Assembly: GCF_045037415.1 (NCBI RefSeq)
Contig: NZ_CP173438.1
Strand: one strand, 5' to 3'
Length of the DNA: 64,000 nucleotides
Origin: Escherichia coli
Lineage (GTDB): Bacteria > Pseudomonadota > Gammaproteobacteria > Enterobacterales > Enterobacteriaceae
Below the pieces are notes generated by a model, which saw only the letters and a list, made by a program, of their open reading frames with translations, did not search any database and was not told where the DNA came from. This document shows positions 1 to 15,947 of the stretch, in pieces. The translations under genes and the position numbers were made by a program. Each line of letters opens with the position of its first letter. The first letter of the stretch is position 1.

Positions 1-6026
<6,026 letters not shown>

Positions 6027-7676
6027 GTGAACTGGTACAGAATCGTCTGGCTATTGGCGTTGGTAACTCTGCCAACGCTTGCGGAGGAGACGCCGTTACA
6101 GCTGGCGCTGCGTGGTGCGCAGCACGATCAACTGTATCAGCTGTCGTCATCAGGCGTGACCAAAGTCTCGGTATTACCTGACACGCTCACCACGCCATTA
6201 GGGAGTTTGTGGAAACTGTATGTTTACGCCTGGCTGGAGGATACCCATCAACCGGAGCAGCCATACCAGTGTCGCGGCAACTCCCCGGAAGAGGTTTATT
6301 GTTGTCAGGCTGGGGAGAGCATAACGCGCGATTCCGCGCTGGTACGTTCCTGTGGACTCTATTTTGCGCCGCAGCGGTTGCATATTGGCGCAGATATGTG
6401 GGGGCAATACTGGCAACAGCGTCAGGCACCTGCGTGGTTAGCGTCTCTTACTACACTGAAGCCAGAAACCTCGGTAACGGTTAAATCGCTGCTTGATTCA
6501 TTAGCGACGTTACCTGCGCAAAACAAAGCTCAGGAAGTCTTACTGGATGTGGTGCTGGACGAGGCGAAAATCGGTGTCGCATCCATGCTCGGTAGTCGGG
6601 TACGGGTGAAAACCTGGAGCTGGTTTGCCGATGATAAACAGGAAATCCGTCAGGGTGGTTTTGCTGGCTGGTTAACCGATGGTACACCGCTGTGGGTTAC
6701 TGGCAGTGGCACCAGCAAAACGGTACTGACCCGTTATGCGACGGCGCTTAATCGGGTTTTGCCAGTGCCGACGCAAGTTGCCAGTGGGCAATGTGTGCTG
6801 GTGGATCTGTTTGCTCGTTATCCGCTGAAGAAAGTTACTGAGGAAAAGAGTACGACGGCAGTCAAACTAGGCGTGCTCAATGGGCGCTATCGTGTGACGT
6901 TTGCCAATGGTAACCACATGACATTTGTCAGCCACGGTGAGACAACGTTACTGACGGTAAAGGGCAAACTGAAATTACAGTCGCATCTCGATCGTGAAGA
7001 GTACGTTGCCAGAGTTCTGGATCGCGAGGCGAAAAGTACGCCTCCTGAGGCAGCGAAAGCCATGACCGTGGCGATTCGCACGTTTTTACAGCAAAACGCC
7101 GATCGGGAAGGCGATTGCCTGACCATCCCGGACAGCAGCGCTACGCAGCGTGTTTCTGCTTCGCCAGCTACCACGGGGGCGCGAACGATGACCGCCTGGA
7201 CGCAGGATCTCATCTATGCGGGCGATCCGGTTCATTATCATGGCAGTCGCGCTACCGAAGGGACGCTTTCCTGGCGGCACGCTACTGCCCAGGCGGGGCA
7301 GGGAGAGCGTTATGATCAGATACTCGCGTTTGCTTATCCCGACAACAGCCTTAGCCGCTGGGGAGCGCCACGCTCAACCTGCCAGTTATTACCCAAAGCG
7401 AAAGCCTGGCTGGCGAAAAAAATGCCGCAGTGGCGGCGTATATTACAAGGTGAGACGGGATACAACGAACCAGACGTGTTTGCGGTCTGTCGTTTAGTCT
7501 CAGGTTTCCCCTATACCGATCGGCAGCAGAAACGGCTGTTTATTCGTAATTTCTTTACGCTTCAGGATCGGCTGGATTTAACCCATGAGTATCTGCACCT
7601 GGCCTTTGATGGTTATCCCACCGGGCTTGATGAGAACTATATCGAAACGCTGACCCGACAATTATTAATGGACTAA
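6027..7676 (+). CDS. yfaQ: DUF2300-family secreted protein YfaQ
   Basis: 549-aa ORF; GTG start immediately after the yfaS stop; signal peptide MNWYRIVWLLALVTLPTLA; conserved position in the A2M cluster. Confidence 0.85.
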   Translation: MNWYRIVWLLALVTLPTLAEETPLQLALRGAQHDQLYQLSSSGVTKVSVLPDTLTTPLGSLWKLYVYAWLEDTHQPEQPYQCRGNSPEEVYCCQAGESITRDSALVRSCGLYFAPQRLHIGADMWGQYWQQRQAPAWLASLTTLKPETSVTVKSLLDSLATLPAQNKAQEVLLDVVLDEAKIGVASMLGSRVRVKTWSWFADDKQEIRQGGFAGWLTDGTPLWVTGSGTSKTVLTRYATALNRVLPVPTQVASGQCVLVDLFARYPLKKVTEEKSTTAVKLGVLNGRYRVTFANGNHMTFVSHGETTLLTVKGKLKLQSHLDREEYVARVLDREAKSTPPEAAKAMTVAIRTFLQQNADREGDCLTIPDSSATQRVSASPATTGARTMTAWTQDLIYAGDPVHYHGSRATEGTLSWRHATAQAGQGERYDQILAFAYPDNSLSRWGAPRSTCQLLPKAKAWLAKKMPQWRRILQGETGYNEPDVFAVCRLVSGFPYTDRQQKRLFIRNFFTLQDRLDLTHEYLHLAFDGYPTGLDENYIETLTRQLLMD

Positions 7677-7680
7677 TGCT

Positions 7681-8457
7681 ATGCGAAAGATTTTTCTTCC
7701 GTTGTTACTGGTGGCGCTTTCGCCTGTCGCTCACAGTGAAGGTGTGCAGGAAGTCGAGATTGATGCACCGCTCTCTGGCTGGCATCCGGCAGAGGGCGAA
7801 GATGCCAGTTTTTCACAAACGATCAATTACCCGGCGTCGTCCGTCAACATGGCAGATGATCAAAATATCTCAGCGCAGATCCGCGGCAAAATAAAGAATT
7901 ATGCTGCGGCGGGTAAAGTTCAGCAGGGCCGGCTGGTGGTCAACGGTGCCAGTATGCCGCAGAGAATTGAATCAGATGGTTCTTTTGCACGCCCTTATAT
8001 TTTCACTGAAGGCAGCAACAGCGTGCAGGTCATCAGCCCAGATGGGCAAAGCCGACAAAAAATGCAGTTTTACTCAACGCCGGGTGCTGGGGCGATTCGC
8101 GCGCGTTTACGGCTGGTTCTCTCCTGGGATACGGACAATACCGACCTCGATCTTCATGTCGTTACGCCTGACGGTGAACATGCCTGGTACGGTAACACAG
8201 TGCTGAAAAACAGTGGCGCACTGGATATGGATGTCACGACAGGGTACGGACCCGAGATTTTCGCCATGCCAGCGCCAGTTCACGGCCGTTATCAGGTGTA
8301 TATCAACTACTTCGGCGGGCGCAGTGAAACGGAATTAACTACGGCCCAACTGACGCTGATCACCGATGAAGGGTCGGTCAATGAGAAACAGGAAACTTTT
8401 ATTGTACCGATGCGTAATGCTGGCGAGCTGACGCTGGTGAAAAGTTTTGACTGGTGA
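7681..8457 (+). CDS. yfaP: DUF2135-family secreted protein YfaP
   Basis: 258-aa ORF, 4 nt after yfaQ; signal peptide MRKIFLPLLLVALSPVAHS; last gene of the cluster. Confidence 0.85.
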   Translation: MRKIFLPLLLVALSPVAHSEGVQEVEIDAPLSGWHPAEGEDASFSQTINYPASSVNMADDQNISAQIRGKIKNYAAAGKVQQGRLVVNGASMPQRIESDGSFARPYIFTEGSNSVQVISPDGQSRQKMQFYSTPGAGAIRARLRLVLSWDTDNTDLDLHVVTPDGEHAWYGNTVLKNSGALDMDVTTGYGPEIFAMPAPVHGRYQVYINYFGGRSETELTTAQLTLITDEGSVNEKQETFIVPMRNAGELTLVKSFDW

Positions 8458-8492
8458 TTAATGGGGTAACCTTCGCCGTCGATGTTCAAGAA

Positions 8493-8525
8493 AACGCCCG
8501 ATAACTTTCGCTATCGGGCGTTTTT
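8493..8525. terminator. Bidirectional rho-independent terminator between yfaP and atoB
   Basis: Hairpin ACGCCCGATA...TATCGGGCGT followed by TTTTT; sits between convergent gene ends. Confidence 0.6.
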
Positions 8526-8530
8526 ATTGG

Positions 8531-9715
8531 TTAATTCAACCGCTCAATCACCATCGCAATTCCCTGGCCGCCACCAATGCATAGTGTTGCCAGCCCCAGC
8601 GTTTTATCGCGTGCCTGCATTGCATGTAATAGTGTGACCAGAATACGAGCACCACTGGCACCGATAGGATGTCCGAGCGCGATGGCCCCGCCGTTGACAT
8701 TCACTTTCTCAGGATCAAAGCCCAGGGTTTTCCCAACGGCAAGGAACTGTGCAGCAAATGCTTCATTAGCCTCAATGAGATCAATATCCGCCAGTTGCAG
8801 CCCCGCCAGTTGTAACGCTTTTTGCGTAGCAGGTACTGGCCCCATACCCATCAATGCGGGGGGCACGCCACCGCTGGCATAACTTTTAATGCGTGCCAGG
8901 GGATTCAGGCCTGCTGCCAGCGCCGCAGATTCTTCCATAATCACCAGAGCGGCAGCACCGTCGTTAATACCTGACGCGTTCCCGGCGGTGACTGTTCCTG
9001 CTTTATCGAAGGCCGGGCGCAATGCGCCTAACGCTTCAGCCGTAGAATCCGCTTTCGGGAATTCGTCTTGACTGAAGACGAAGGTTTTCTTCCGGGTGAC
9101 AACATTTACCGGGACGATTTCGGCTGTAAAAGCACCGGACTCAATTGCGGCTGCCGCTTTACGCTGTGAATGTAGCGCCAGTTCATCCTGCATTTCACGG
9201 GTAATTCCGTACTCTTTAGCCACGTTTTCGGCGGTAATCCCCATATGATAACCATGGGTGGCGCACATCAGGCCATCGCGCAGGATTACGTCATAAACCT
9301 GTCCGTCTCCAAGACGATAACCAGAGCGTGCTTTTGCATCGAGTAAGTAGGGCGCTAAACTCATATTTTCCATACCCCCCGCCACAATGCTCTGTGCCTG
9401 ACCTGCCTGAATCGCCTGTGCAGCAAGCGCCACGCTTTTCAGACCTGAACCGCACACTTTGTTGACCGTGAATCCGCACACCGTTTCAGCTAGTCCGCTT
9501 TTTAGCAGCGCCTGACGTGCCGGATTTTGCCCCAGTCCGGCTTGCAACACGTTACCCATAATCACTTCATCAACGTGTAGTGAATCGATTTTTGCACGTT
9601 CAATGGCGGCTTTAATTACTGTCGCCCCCAGGTCGATGGCGCTGGTGGAAGCGAGTGAACCGTTAAAACTACCGATAGCAGTACGTACCGCACTGACGAT
9701 GACACAATTTTTCAT
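8531..9715 (-). CDS. atoB: acetyl-CoA acetyltransferase (thiolase II)
   Basis: 394-aa ORF; N-terminus [21 protein letters not shown] and thiolase-like sequence throughout; ato operon synteny. Confidence 0.95.
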   Translation of the reverse strand: MKNCVIVSAVRTAIGSFNGSLASTSAIDLGATVIKAAIERAKIDSLHVDEVIMGNVLQAGLGQNPARQALLKSGLAETVCGFTVNKVCGSGLKSVALAAQAIQAGQAQSIVAGGMENMSLAPYLLDAKARSGYRLGDGQVYDVILRDGLMCATHGYHMGITAENVAKEYGITREMQDELALHSQRKAAAAIESGAFTAEIVPVNVVTRKKTFVFSQDEFPKADSTAEALGALRPAFDKAGTVTAGNASGINDGAAALVIMEESAALAAGLNPLARIKSYASGGVPPALMGMGPVPATQKALQLAGLQLADIDLIEANEAFAAQFLAVGKTLGFDPEKVNVNGGAIALGHPIGASGARILVTLLHAMQARDKTLGLATLCIGGGQGIAMVIERLN

Positions 9716-9745
9716 TTTATATTCCTTCTGTCTGTAGGGTTGCCG

Positions 9746-11068
9746 TCAGAACAGCGTTAAACCAATGACGAAAATGACGCCGGAGAAGAGCAGGGCAGTG
9801 ATGCAATAGCCCATGATGTCGCGGACACCGAGTCCGGCGATTGCCAGTGCTGGCAGCGCCCAGAACGGTTGTGCCATGTTCATCCATTGCTCGCCGTAGG
9901 CGATCGCCATTACCGATTTACCGAGATCAGCGCCCAGCGCCTGGGCTGCGGGCATCACGAACGGCCCCTGAATAACCCAGTGCCCGCCGCCAGACGGAAC
10001 GGCGAAGTTAATCAGTGCAGAACTAAAAAAGGTCATGACCGGGAAGGTGTCTTTGTTCGCAACATTGATGAAGAATTCGGTAATGAGTCCGCCCAGACCG
10101 GAGTGCTCCATCATCAGTTGGATCCCCGCGTAGAAGGGGAATTGCACCAGAATACCGGCGGTACTGCGTGCTGCCGCGCTGATAGCACGCATATAAGCCA
10201 TTGGCGTTTTATGTAGCAGCAGACCCGCAATCATAAACATCAGGTTGACGGTATTGATGGTGATGTTGAAGCCATGTTCGCTGAAGTACATCGCCAGGTA
10301 AGCGATACCGAGTGCGCCGATGATCAACGTCAGAATGCGGCTTTCTTCCAGTCGCTCGGACGGTGGAGCATCTTTCGGTAGTTGCTTTTGAAAATCAGCC
10401 TCTTCCATGAGTAGTTTCGGATCGATACTCACCACGTCAGACGGTTTTGGCATCATCATGCGGGTGATAAATGGCATCACCACAATCAACGCCACAGTGA
10501 TGAAAATATTAAAACCACTGAACAGAGTATCGCCCACCGGGATCAGCCCAGCGATATGCTCAACCGGGTTGCCCGGTGTTGCAGCCAACAGAGGCATTGA
10601 GCCAGAGAAGCCGCCACCCCAGGTGAGAAAACCAATGTAGGCGCAGGCAATGAGCAACGGATAATCAGAACCGGGTACTCGCCGGGCGACTTCACGGGCG
10701 AACATTGCACCGACAACCAAACCAAATCCCCAGTTGATGACACAAGCGACTGAACCGAAGAAAGTAACCAGCATGACGCCCTGTACGGGCGTCTTTGCGG
10801 CGGAGGCGGCAGTACGCAGCAAACTTTTCACCGGAGCGGAGCTGGCAAGGGCATGACCGGTAACGATGATAAGCGCCATCTGCATACCAAACGCCAGCAA
10901 GTTCCAGAAACCGTCACCCCACATTTTCACCATGCTGATCGGCGTTTGTGGTGTTAACCAAAGCGCGATCACGAATGTTAGCAATGTCAGCAACATGGCA
11001 AAGATCAGTGGATCGGGAAGCCACCGGCTGACAAAACGCGTCATAAAACGCGATATGCGACCAATCAT
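9746..11068 (-). CDS. atoE: short-chain fatty acid transporter
   Basis: 440-aa hydrophobic multi-pass membrane ORF between atoA and atoB. Confidence 0.9.
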   Translation of the reverse strand: MIGRISRFMTRFVSRWLPDPLIFAMLLTLLTFVIALWLTPQTPISMVKMWGDGFWNLLAFGMQMALIIVTGHALASSAPVKSLLRTAASAAKTPVQGVMLVTFFGSVACVINWGFGLVVGAMFAREVARRVPGSDYPLLIACAYIGFLTWGGGFSGSMPLLAATPGNPVEHIAGLIPVGDTLFSGFNIFITVALIVVMPFITRMMMPKPSDVVSIDPKLLMEEADFQKQLPKDAPPSERLEESRILTLIIGALGIAYLAMYFSEHGFNITINTVNLMFMIAGLLLHKTPMAYMRAISAAARSTAGILVQFPFYAGIQLMMEHSGLGGLITEFFINVANKDTFPVMTFFSSALINFAVPSGGGHWVIQGPFVMPAAQALGADLGKSVMAIAYGEQWMNMAQPFWALPALAIAGLGVRDIMGYCITALLFSGVIFVIGLTLF

Positions 11069-11715
11069 AAATCACCCCGTTGCGTATTCAGATCGGCAGC
11101 TACTTCAAACCGAGCTTCTGTTTTGGCACGCACGGTGGCTAAATCACACCCGTCGGCAATTTCGGTGAGCCACATTTTGCCGTCAATAAAACGAAAGACA
11201 GCCAGTTCAGTAACCAGCATATGCACCGCATGTTGCGCAGTGAGTGGCATGGTGCAGCGGCGCAAAATTTTTGCTGAACCATCTTTGGCGCAATGTTCCA
11301 TGGCGATGATCACTTTGCGTGACCCGGTCACCAGATCCATCGCGCCACCCATACCGGGCACCATTTTCCCAGGCACTACCCAGTTCGCGAGGTTTGCTTC
11401 TTCGTCTACTTGCAAACCGCCGAGCACGCAGGCATCAATATGACCGCCACGGATTAGCGCAAATGACATGGCGCTATCAAACATGGCTGCACCGGGTAAA
11501 ATGCCGCACGGTTGTCCGCCAGCATTCACCAGATCTGGATGCGCTGTTGTGACCGGGCCTAAACCGAGGAAGCCGTTTTCCGATTGCAGAGTGATATGAA
11601 TACCCTCCGGTAAATAATTGGCGACCATTGTGGGTAAACCGATCCCTAAGTTAACGATGTCACCATCACGAAGCTCTTGCGCCACACGGCGCGCAATACG
11701 TTGTTTCGCATCCAT
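11065..11715 (-). CDS. atoA: acetate CoA-transferase beta subunit
   Basis: 216-aa ORF; overlaps the atoE start by 4 nt; CoA-transferase family. Confidence 0.95.
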   Translation of the reverse strand: MDAKQRIARRVAQELRDGDIVNLGIGLPTMVANYLPEGIHITLQSENGFLGLGPVTTAHPDLVNAGGQPCGILPGAAMFDSAMSFALIRGGHIDACVLGGLQVDEEANLANWVVPGKMVPGMGGAMDLVTGSRKVIIAMEHCAKDGSAKILRRCTMPLTAQHAVHMLVTELAVFRFIDGKMWLTEIADGCDLATVRAKTEARFEVAADLNTQRGDL

Positions 11716-12377
11716 TATTTGCTCTCCTGTGAAACGATGATGTGGTCGATAACGGCACCAGGGGTGACAATATGGTCAGGTTGCAGCTCGCCGGTTTCGA
11801 CCAGTTCATCCGGCTCTACCAGCGTGATATCAGCCGCAAGGGCTATCAGGGGGTTAAAGTTGCGGGCGCTAAGGTGATAGGTCAGGTTGCCAAGTGTGTC
11901 GCAACGATGAGCGCGAATTAGCGCCAGGTCGGCGCGCAGCGGGCGTTCGAGCAGCCAGGTTTTACCGTCGAGTGTCAGTGTCTGTTTGCCTTCCTCTACG
12001 ACGGTGCCGACACCAGTTGGGGTGAGAAAACCACCAAGTCCAGCTCCGCCACAGCGAATTTGCTCGATTAGCGTACCTTGCGGCACCAGAACGACGTCCA
12101 TCTCACCAGATATCATGCGCCGACCTGTTTCCGGGTTGGTGCCGATATGTGAAGCAATCACTTTGCGGACTCGACCATTGACGATGAGCGGACCGATGCC
12201 GGTATCAACAAACGCGGTATCATTGGCTATCAATGTCAGGTCGCGAACACCAGATTCCAGTAATGCTTCAACCAGGCGGGATGGAGTGCCAATCCCCATA
12301 AATCCGCCCACCATGATGGTCATGCCGTCACGAAAGAAGCCGGTGGCGTCTTGTAATGTCATCAATTTTGTTTTCAT
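11715..12377 (-). CDS. atoD: acetate CoA-transferase alpha subunit
   Basis: 220-aa ORF; first gene of atoDAEB; overlaps atoA by 1 nt. Confidence 0.95.
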   Translation of the reverse strand: MKTKLMTLQDATGFFRDGMTIMVGGFMGIGTPSRLVEALLESGVRDLTLIANDTAFVDTGIGPLIVNGRVRKVIASHIGTNPETGRRMISGEMDVVLVPQGTLIEQIRCGGAGLGGFLTPTGVGTVVEEGKQTLTLDGKTWLLERPLRADLALIRAHRCDTLGNLTYHLSARNFNPLIALAADITLVEPDELVETGELQPDHIVTPGAVIDHIIVSQESK

Positions 12378-12421
12378 TTTTTATCCCTCTTGCATACACC
12401 GTTGTGGGTACAGTCAGGGAA

Positions 12422-12437
12422 TAGCAAGGGGAGTGCC
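12422..12437 (-). promoter_or_regulatory. Candidate sigma-54 (-24/-12) promoter of atoDAEB
   Basis: Minus strand reads TGGCAC-N5-TTGCT (plus strand AGCAA-GGGGA-GTGCCA), about 45 nt upstream of the atoD start; fits the AtoC (sigma-54 activator) regulon. Confidence 0.55.
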
Positions 12438-12520
12438 AGAATGAGATTATTGAATGTTGTTATTTAACTAATTGAATAGAAAAGGATAAATTAGATGGGG
12501 GTTCATAAGGAGAATGAGCG

Positions 12521-12563
12521 GCTATGCAGAAAATTGCGCACTGTGCAAATTTCTGCATAGCAA
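12521..12563. promoter_or_regulatory. AtoC upstream activating site (inverted repeat)
   Basis: Near-perfect palindrome GCTATGCAGAAAATTGCGCA / CTGTGCAAATTTCTGCATAGC upstream of the sigma-54 promoter, between atoC and atoD. Confidence 0.65.
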
Positions 12564-12572
12564 GTTTTGGCA

Positions 12573-13958
12573 TTATACATCCGCCGGATCGATACCGTAT
12601 TCCTGGAGTTTATACATCAATGCACGGCGACTGATGCCCAGCATTAAAGCAGTGCGGGTTCGGTTTCCTTCTTGTTGTTCCAGCACTTCCATAATGATGC
12701 GTTTTTCGACGCGTTTAATTTCCTCTTTTAAATTACGCTCACCGACAGGGGCTGTTTTTGCTTCACCAGCATTACAGACTGGCTGACGAATCTGCGGCGG
12801 AAGATCCTCAGAAAAAATGATCGGGCCTGAATTCATCACGACGGCGCGTTCAATAACGTTGGAAAGCTCTCGAATATTTCCCGGCCATGACCAGGCGGTA
12901 AGCAGTGACATTGCCATCGGATCGATGTCGATAATATCGCGCTGATTCTCACTACTGAATTTTTGCAAAAAGTGATTAGCTAACAGGGAAATATCTTCCC
13001 GGCGATCGCGCAGAGGCGGCAGTATTAAATGAATAACGTTAAGGCGATAAAAGAGATCTTCACGGAAGGTGCCTTCTTTCACCATTGCCTGCAAGTCGCG
13101 GTTGGTGGCAGCAATGACGCGGATATCAACTTTTATGGTCTGATGGCCGCCAATCCGTTCAAATTCCCGTTCCTGCAGAATGCGTAGTAATTTGGCTTGC
13201 AGTACCAGCGGCATTTCGCCAATTTCGTCGAGGAGCAGAGTACCTTCGTTGGCACGTTCAAATAATCCCTGACGCAAGGTTTGTGCACCAGTAAATGCAC
13301 CTTTTTCATGACCAAACAGTTCACTTTCGAGCAACGATTCCGGCAGTGCCGCGCAGTTGACTTTAATGAACGGCCCCTTTGCCCGCCGCGAATTGTAGTG
13401 AATCGCTCTGGCAATCAACTCTTTCCCGGTGCCGCTTTCACCGCTAATCAAGACGCTGGCCTGAGAAAGGGCAATTTTGGCGGTGTCTTTGCAGATGTCC
13501 ATCATCGCCGGGCTGTTGGTGAGAATGTGCCCCCATTGCCAGCTGGTGCTCAGTGCCTGGTGCAGATGACGGATCTCTTTTTTCATTGACTGGAGTTGTA
13601 AAGCGCGCTGAACGATTAAATTCAACTCATCGAGATCAAACGGTTTGATAACATAGTCGAAGGCTCCGCAGCGTAGTGCTTCGACGGCGGTTTCCACTTC
13701 AGCATAGGCCGTCATCAGAATAACGGGTGTCCGGGTCTCATGGCTGCGCATCTCCTTTAGTGCCTTGATGCCGTCCATCTCTGGCATGCGGATATCCATC
13801 AACACCACGTCAGGGTGAATATCGGCAAACAGGTGTAATGCTGTGCGCCCGTTGTTCGCACAATGTGTTTCGAATCCTTGTAGTGCAAAAGCGGTGCTCA
13901 GCATACGGCGAACATTATCTTCATCATCCACAATAAGGATGCGATTAATAGCAGTCAT
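12573..13958 (-). CDS. atoC: sigma-54-dependent response regulator AtoC
   Basis: 461-aa ORF; receiver domain (IVDDEDNVR...), AAA+ sigma-54 activator motifs (GESGTGKE, GAFTGA), C-terminal helix-turn-helix. Confidence 0.95.
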   Translation of the reverse strand: MTAINRILIVDDEDNVRRMLSTAFALQGFETHCANNGRTALHLFADIHPDVVLMDIRMPEMDGIKALKEMRSHETRTPVILMTAYAEVETAVEALRCGAFDYVIKPFDLDELNLIVQRALQLQSMKKEIRHLHQALSTSWQWGHILTNSPAMMDICKDTAKIALSQASVLISGESGTGKELIARAIHYNSRRAKGPFIKVNCAALPESLLESELFGHEKGAFTGAQTLRQGLFERANEGTLLLDEIGEMPLVLQAKLLRILQEREFERIGGHQTIKVDIRVIAATNRDLQAMVKEGTFREDLFYRLNVIHLILPPLRDRREDISLLANHFLQKFSSENQRDIIDIDPMAMSLLTAWSWPGNIRELSNVIERAVVMNSGPIIFSEDLPPQIRQPVCNAGEAKTAPVGERNLKEEIKRVEKRIIMEVLEQQEGNRTRTALMLGISRRALMYKLQEYGIDPADV

Positions 13959-15781
13959 ACAGTCTGATTTCCCTGCGGGTTGATCGGTAAAATAAGCGTG
14001 AAGGTTGCGCCGTAGCCCGGCAAACTGGCGACGCGAATATCACCCTGATGGGCATTAATGATGCGTTGACTTAACGCCAGACCAAGCCCGGTTCCTGAGG
14101 CTTTGGTAGTGAAAAAGGGATCGAAGATCTTTTTTTGCAGCGAGAGATCAATGCCACTGCCGTTGTCCTCTATCGAAATGGCCTGTTGCGAGTCGCTATA
14201 CTGCCAGGTTCGAATGCGAATTTTCCCTCGTGCACTGATAGCCTGGACGGCATTGATCAGGATATTCAGTAGTACCTGTTTGAGCAGTTCACGATCGGCG
14301 TTAATCGGGCTTAATTCATTATCCAGTTCGCTTATGAAGTCGACCCGCGCTTGTACGCCGGCGGTTTGTACCAGTACCAGAGTTTCTTCAACCAATGCAT
14401 TGAGGCTGACTTGTTGCCATTGACTGTGGCGTGGGCGTGAAAATTCGAGCAATTGCTGAATAACTTTGTTAATTGAATCGATTTCTTTGAGTACTACGGA
14501 CAGATATTCCTGATGTATTGGGTCACGGGTTTGTTGGCGCAAGATCTGTACATAACCACGAATAGCCGTTAGCGGATTACGTACTTCATGCGCCACGCCA
14601 GCCATCAGCTCACCCAGTGTGGCGAGGCGTTCTGCTTGCGCCATGCGGCGCTGGGTTTCTTTGCGGGCAGTTAAATCAGAGAAAATCACCAAAGCACCTA
14701 TCATTTCACCGTGCGTGTTATGAATACGACTGGTCGTGACACTGAGTTCAATGGTGCGGTCACGGCCTGGAAAACTGATCTCCAGTGCAACATGTTCGGT
14801 GCCATGTTCCAGCGTATCCAGTACGGGACTGTAGAACTGAGTATTGTCGAACAACATGGAGTAAGGCTGCCCTACCAGTTCATGACGTTGATAGCCAGTG
14901 ATGACTTCTGCTGCTGGGTTCATGGTGGTTACATCACCCTGGCGGTCAATGGCAATGACGCCATCGGCAGCGTTTTCAATAATCAGATCGTTAAGTGTTC
15001 GCGTTTCACGCAGTGCCTGGGCGAGGTTGTTAACACTCTGACTGATTTGCCCCATTTCACCGGGCAATTGTGGTAATCGAGTGGGAATATTTTGAGCCAG
15101 AGTCGAGAGGCCATCGGTGATGATATCTATATTGGCGCTCAGGCGACGGGAGAAAAGGACAATCAACAGCAGGCTTATCAGCAAACCGGCGGTGAGCACA
15201 ATGATAATCCTCACATCCATTTTCCAGGCCTGGCGGCGAATATCTTCGGTTAATTCATTGGCCCAGATATAGCCGAGGATTTCACCATTACGCTCAATGG
15301 GAATCATTGAATTCAAAATATCGCCGCGCACCTGCCTGCCTGAATAAACCAAAGGGGTATTTGTACGCATGACTTCGCGACCAGGGTGATCTGCGGCAAT
15401 GGTAACGCCCACATTATTCTGATATAGCGCTGAAGGCGCGTAGGTGATTATCGCATCCAGCGTTTTGTTGTAATAACCAGCGCCGATGCCAGGGAAGGCG
15501 TGAGTGATATTTTCGGTAATGGGGGCAAGTTCTGCATTTAATGCGCGGATACGCTCCTCACGCGGTAAGTCGATGTAGAGATCGTAGCGATTGCCTAGCG
15601 CCTGATTAAGCAGGTTGACCACGGCAGAAAGTTTTTTCTCTTTTTCAGATAAGACTGCTGAACGTCCTTCCGTTTCTACGATATAACCAATAGTAAGCGT
15701 TGGGACAATGACCATCAGGATTGCCATCAGGATCATTTGATTGCGTAAGCGGCGTGGATAAATCCACTTCATATAATGCAT
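13955..15781 (-). CDS. atoS: sensor histidine kinase AtoS
   Basis: ORF 13955..15793; likely start at 15781 (MHYMKWIYP..., 608 aa); H-box and ATPase motifs; overlaps atoC by 4 nt. Confidence 0.9.
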   Translation of the reverse strand: MHYMKWIYPRRLRNQMILMAILMVIVPTLTIGYIVETEGRSAVLSEKEKKLSAVVNLLNQALGNRYDLYIDLPREERIRALNAELAPITENITHAFPGIGAGYYNKTLDAIITYAPSALYQNNVGVTIAADHPGREVMRTNTPLVYSGRQVRGDILNSMIPIERNGEILGYIWANELTEDIRRQAWKMDVRIIIVLTAGLLISLLLIVLFSRRLSANIDIITDGLSTLAQNIPTRLPQLPGEMGQISQSVNNLAQALRETRTLNDLIIENAADGVIAIDRQGDVTTMNPAAEVITGYQRHELVGQPYSMLFDNTQFYSPVLDTLEHGTEHVALEISFPGRDRTIELSVTTSRIHNTHGEMIGALVIFSDLTARKETQRRMAQAERLATLGELMAGVAHEVRNPLTAIRGYVQILRQQTRDPIHQEYLSVVLKEIDSINKVIQQLLEFSRPRHSQWQQVSLNALVEETLVLVQTAGVQARVDFISELDNELSPINADRELLKQVLLNILINAVQAISARGKIRIRTWQYSDSQQAISIEDNGSGIDLSLQKKIFDPFFTTKASGTGLGLALSQRIINAHQGDIRVASLPGYGATFTLILPINPQGNQTV

Positions 15782-15947
15782 GCTGAAATCCACTAGTCTT
15801 GTCCGGTATATGACGATTATCAGAGGTTAAGGTGATGATTTCTCGGCGGTGTATCATATTCCAGAGAAGAGAGAACATTGCGGTAACACGCTTTTACCGC
15901 TACCTTAACCACACTCCATCGGTCACCTGAGGCGGAGCTTCGCCCCT

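Noticed and set aside
13734-13739. Idea that the frameshifts reflect deliberate removal of BsaI (GGTCTC) sites
   Set aside because: An intact GGTCTC is present in atoC at 13734..13739, and site domestication would use synonymous substitutions rather than frame-breaking insertions; a systematic sequencing-context error is the simpler explanation.
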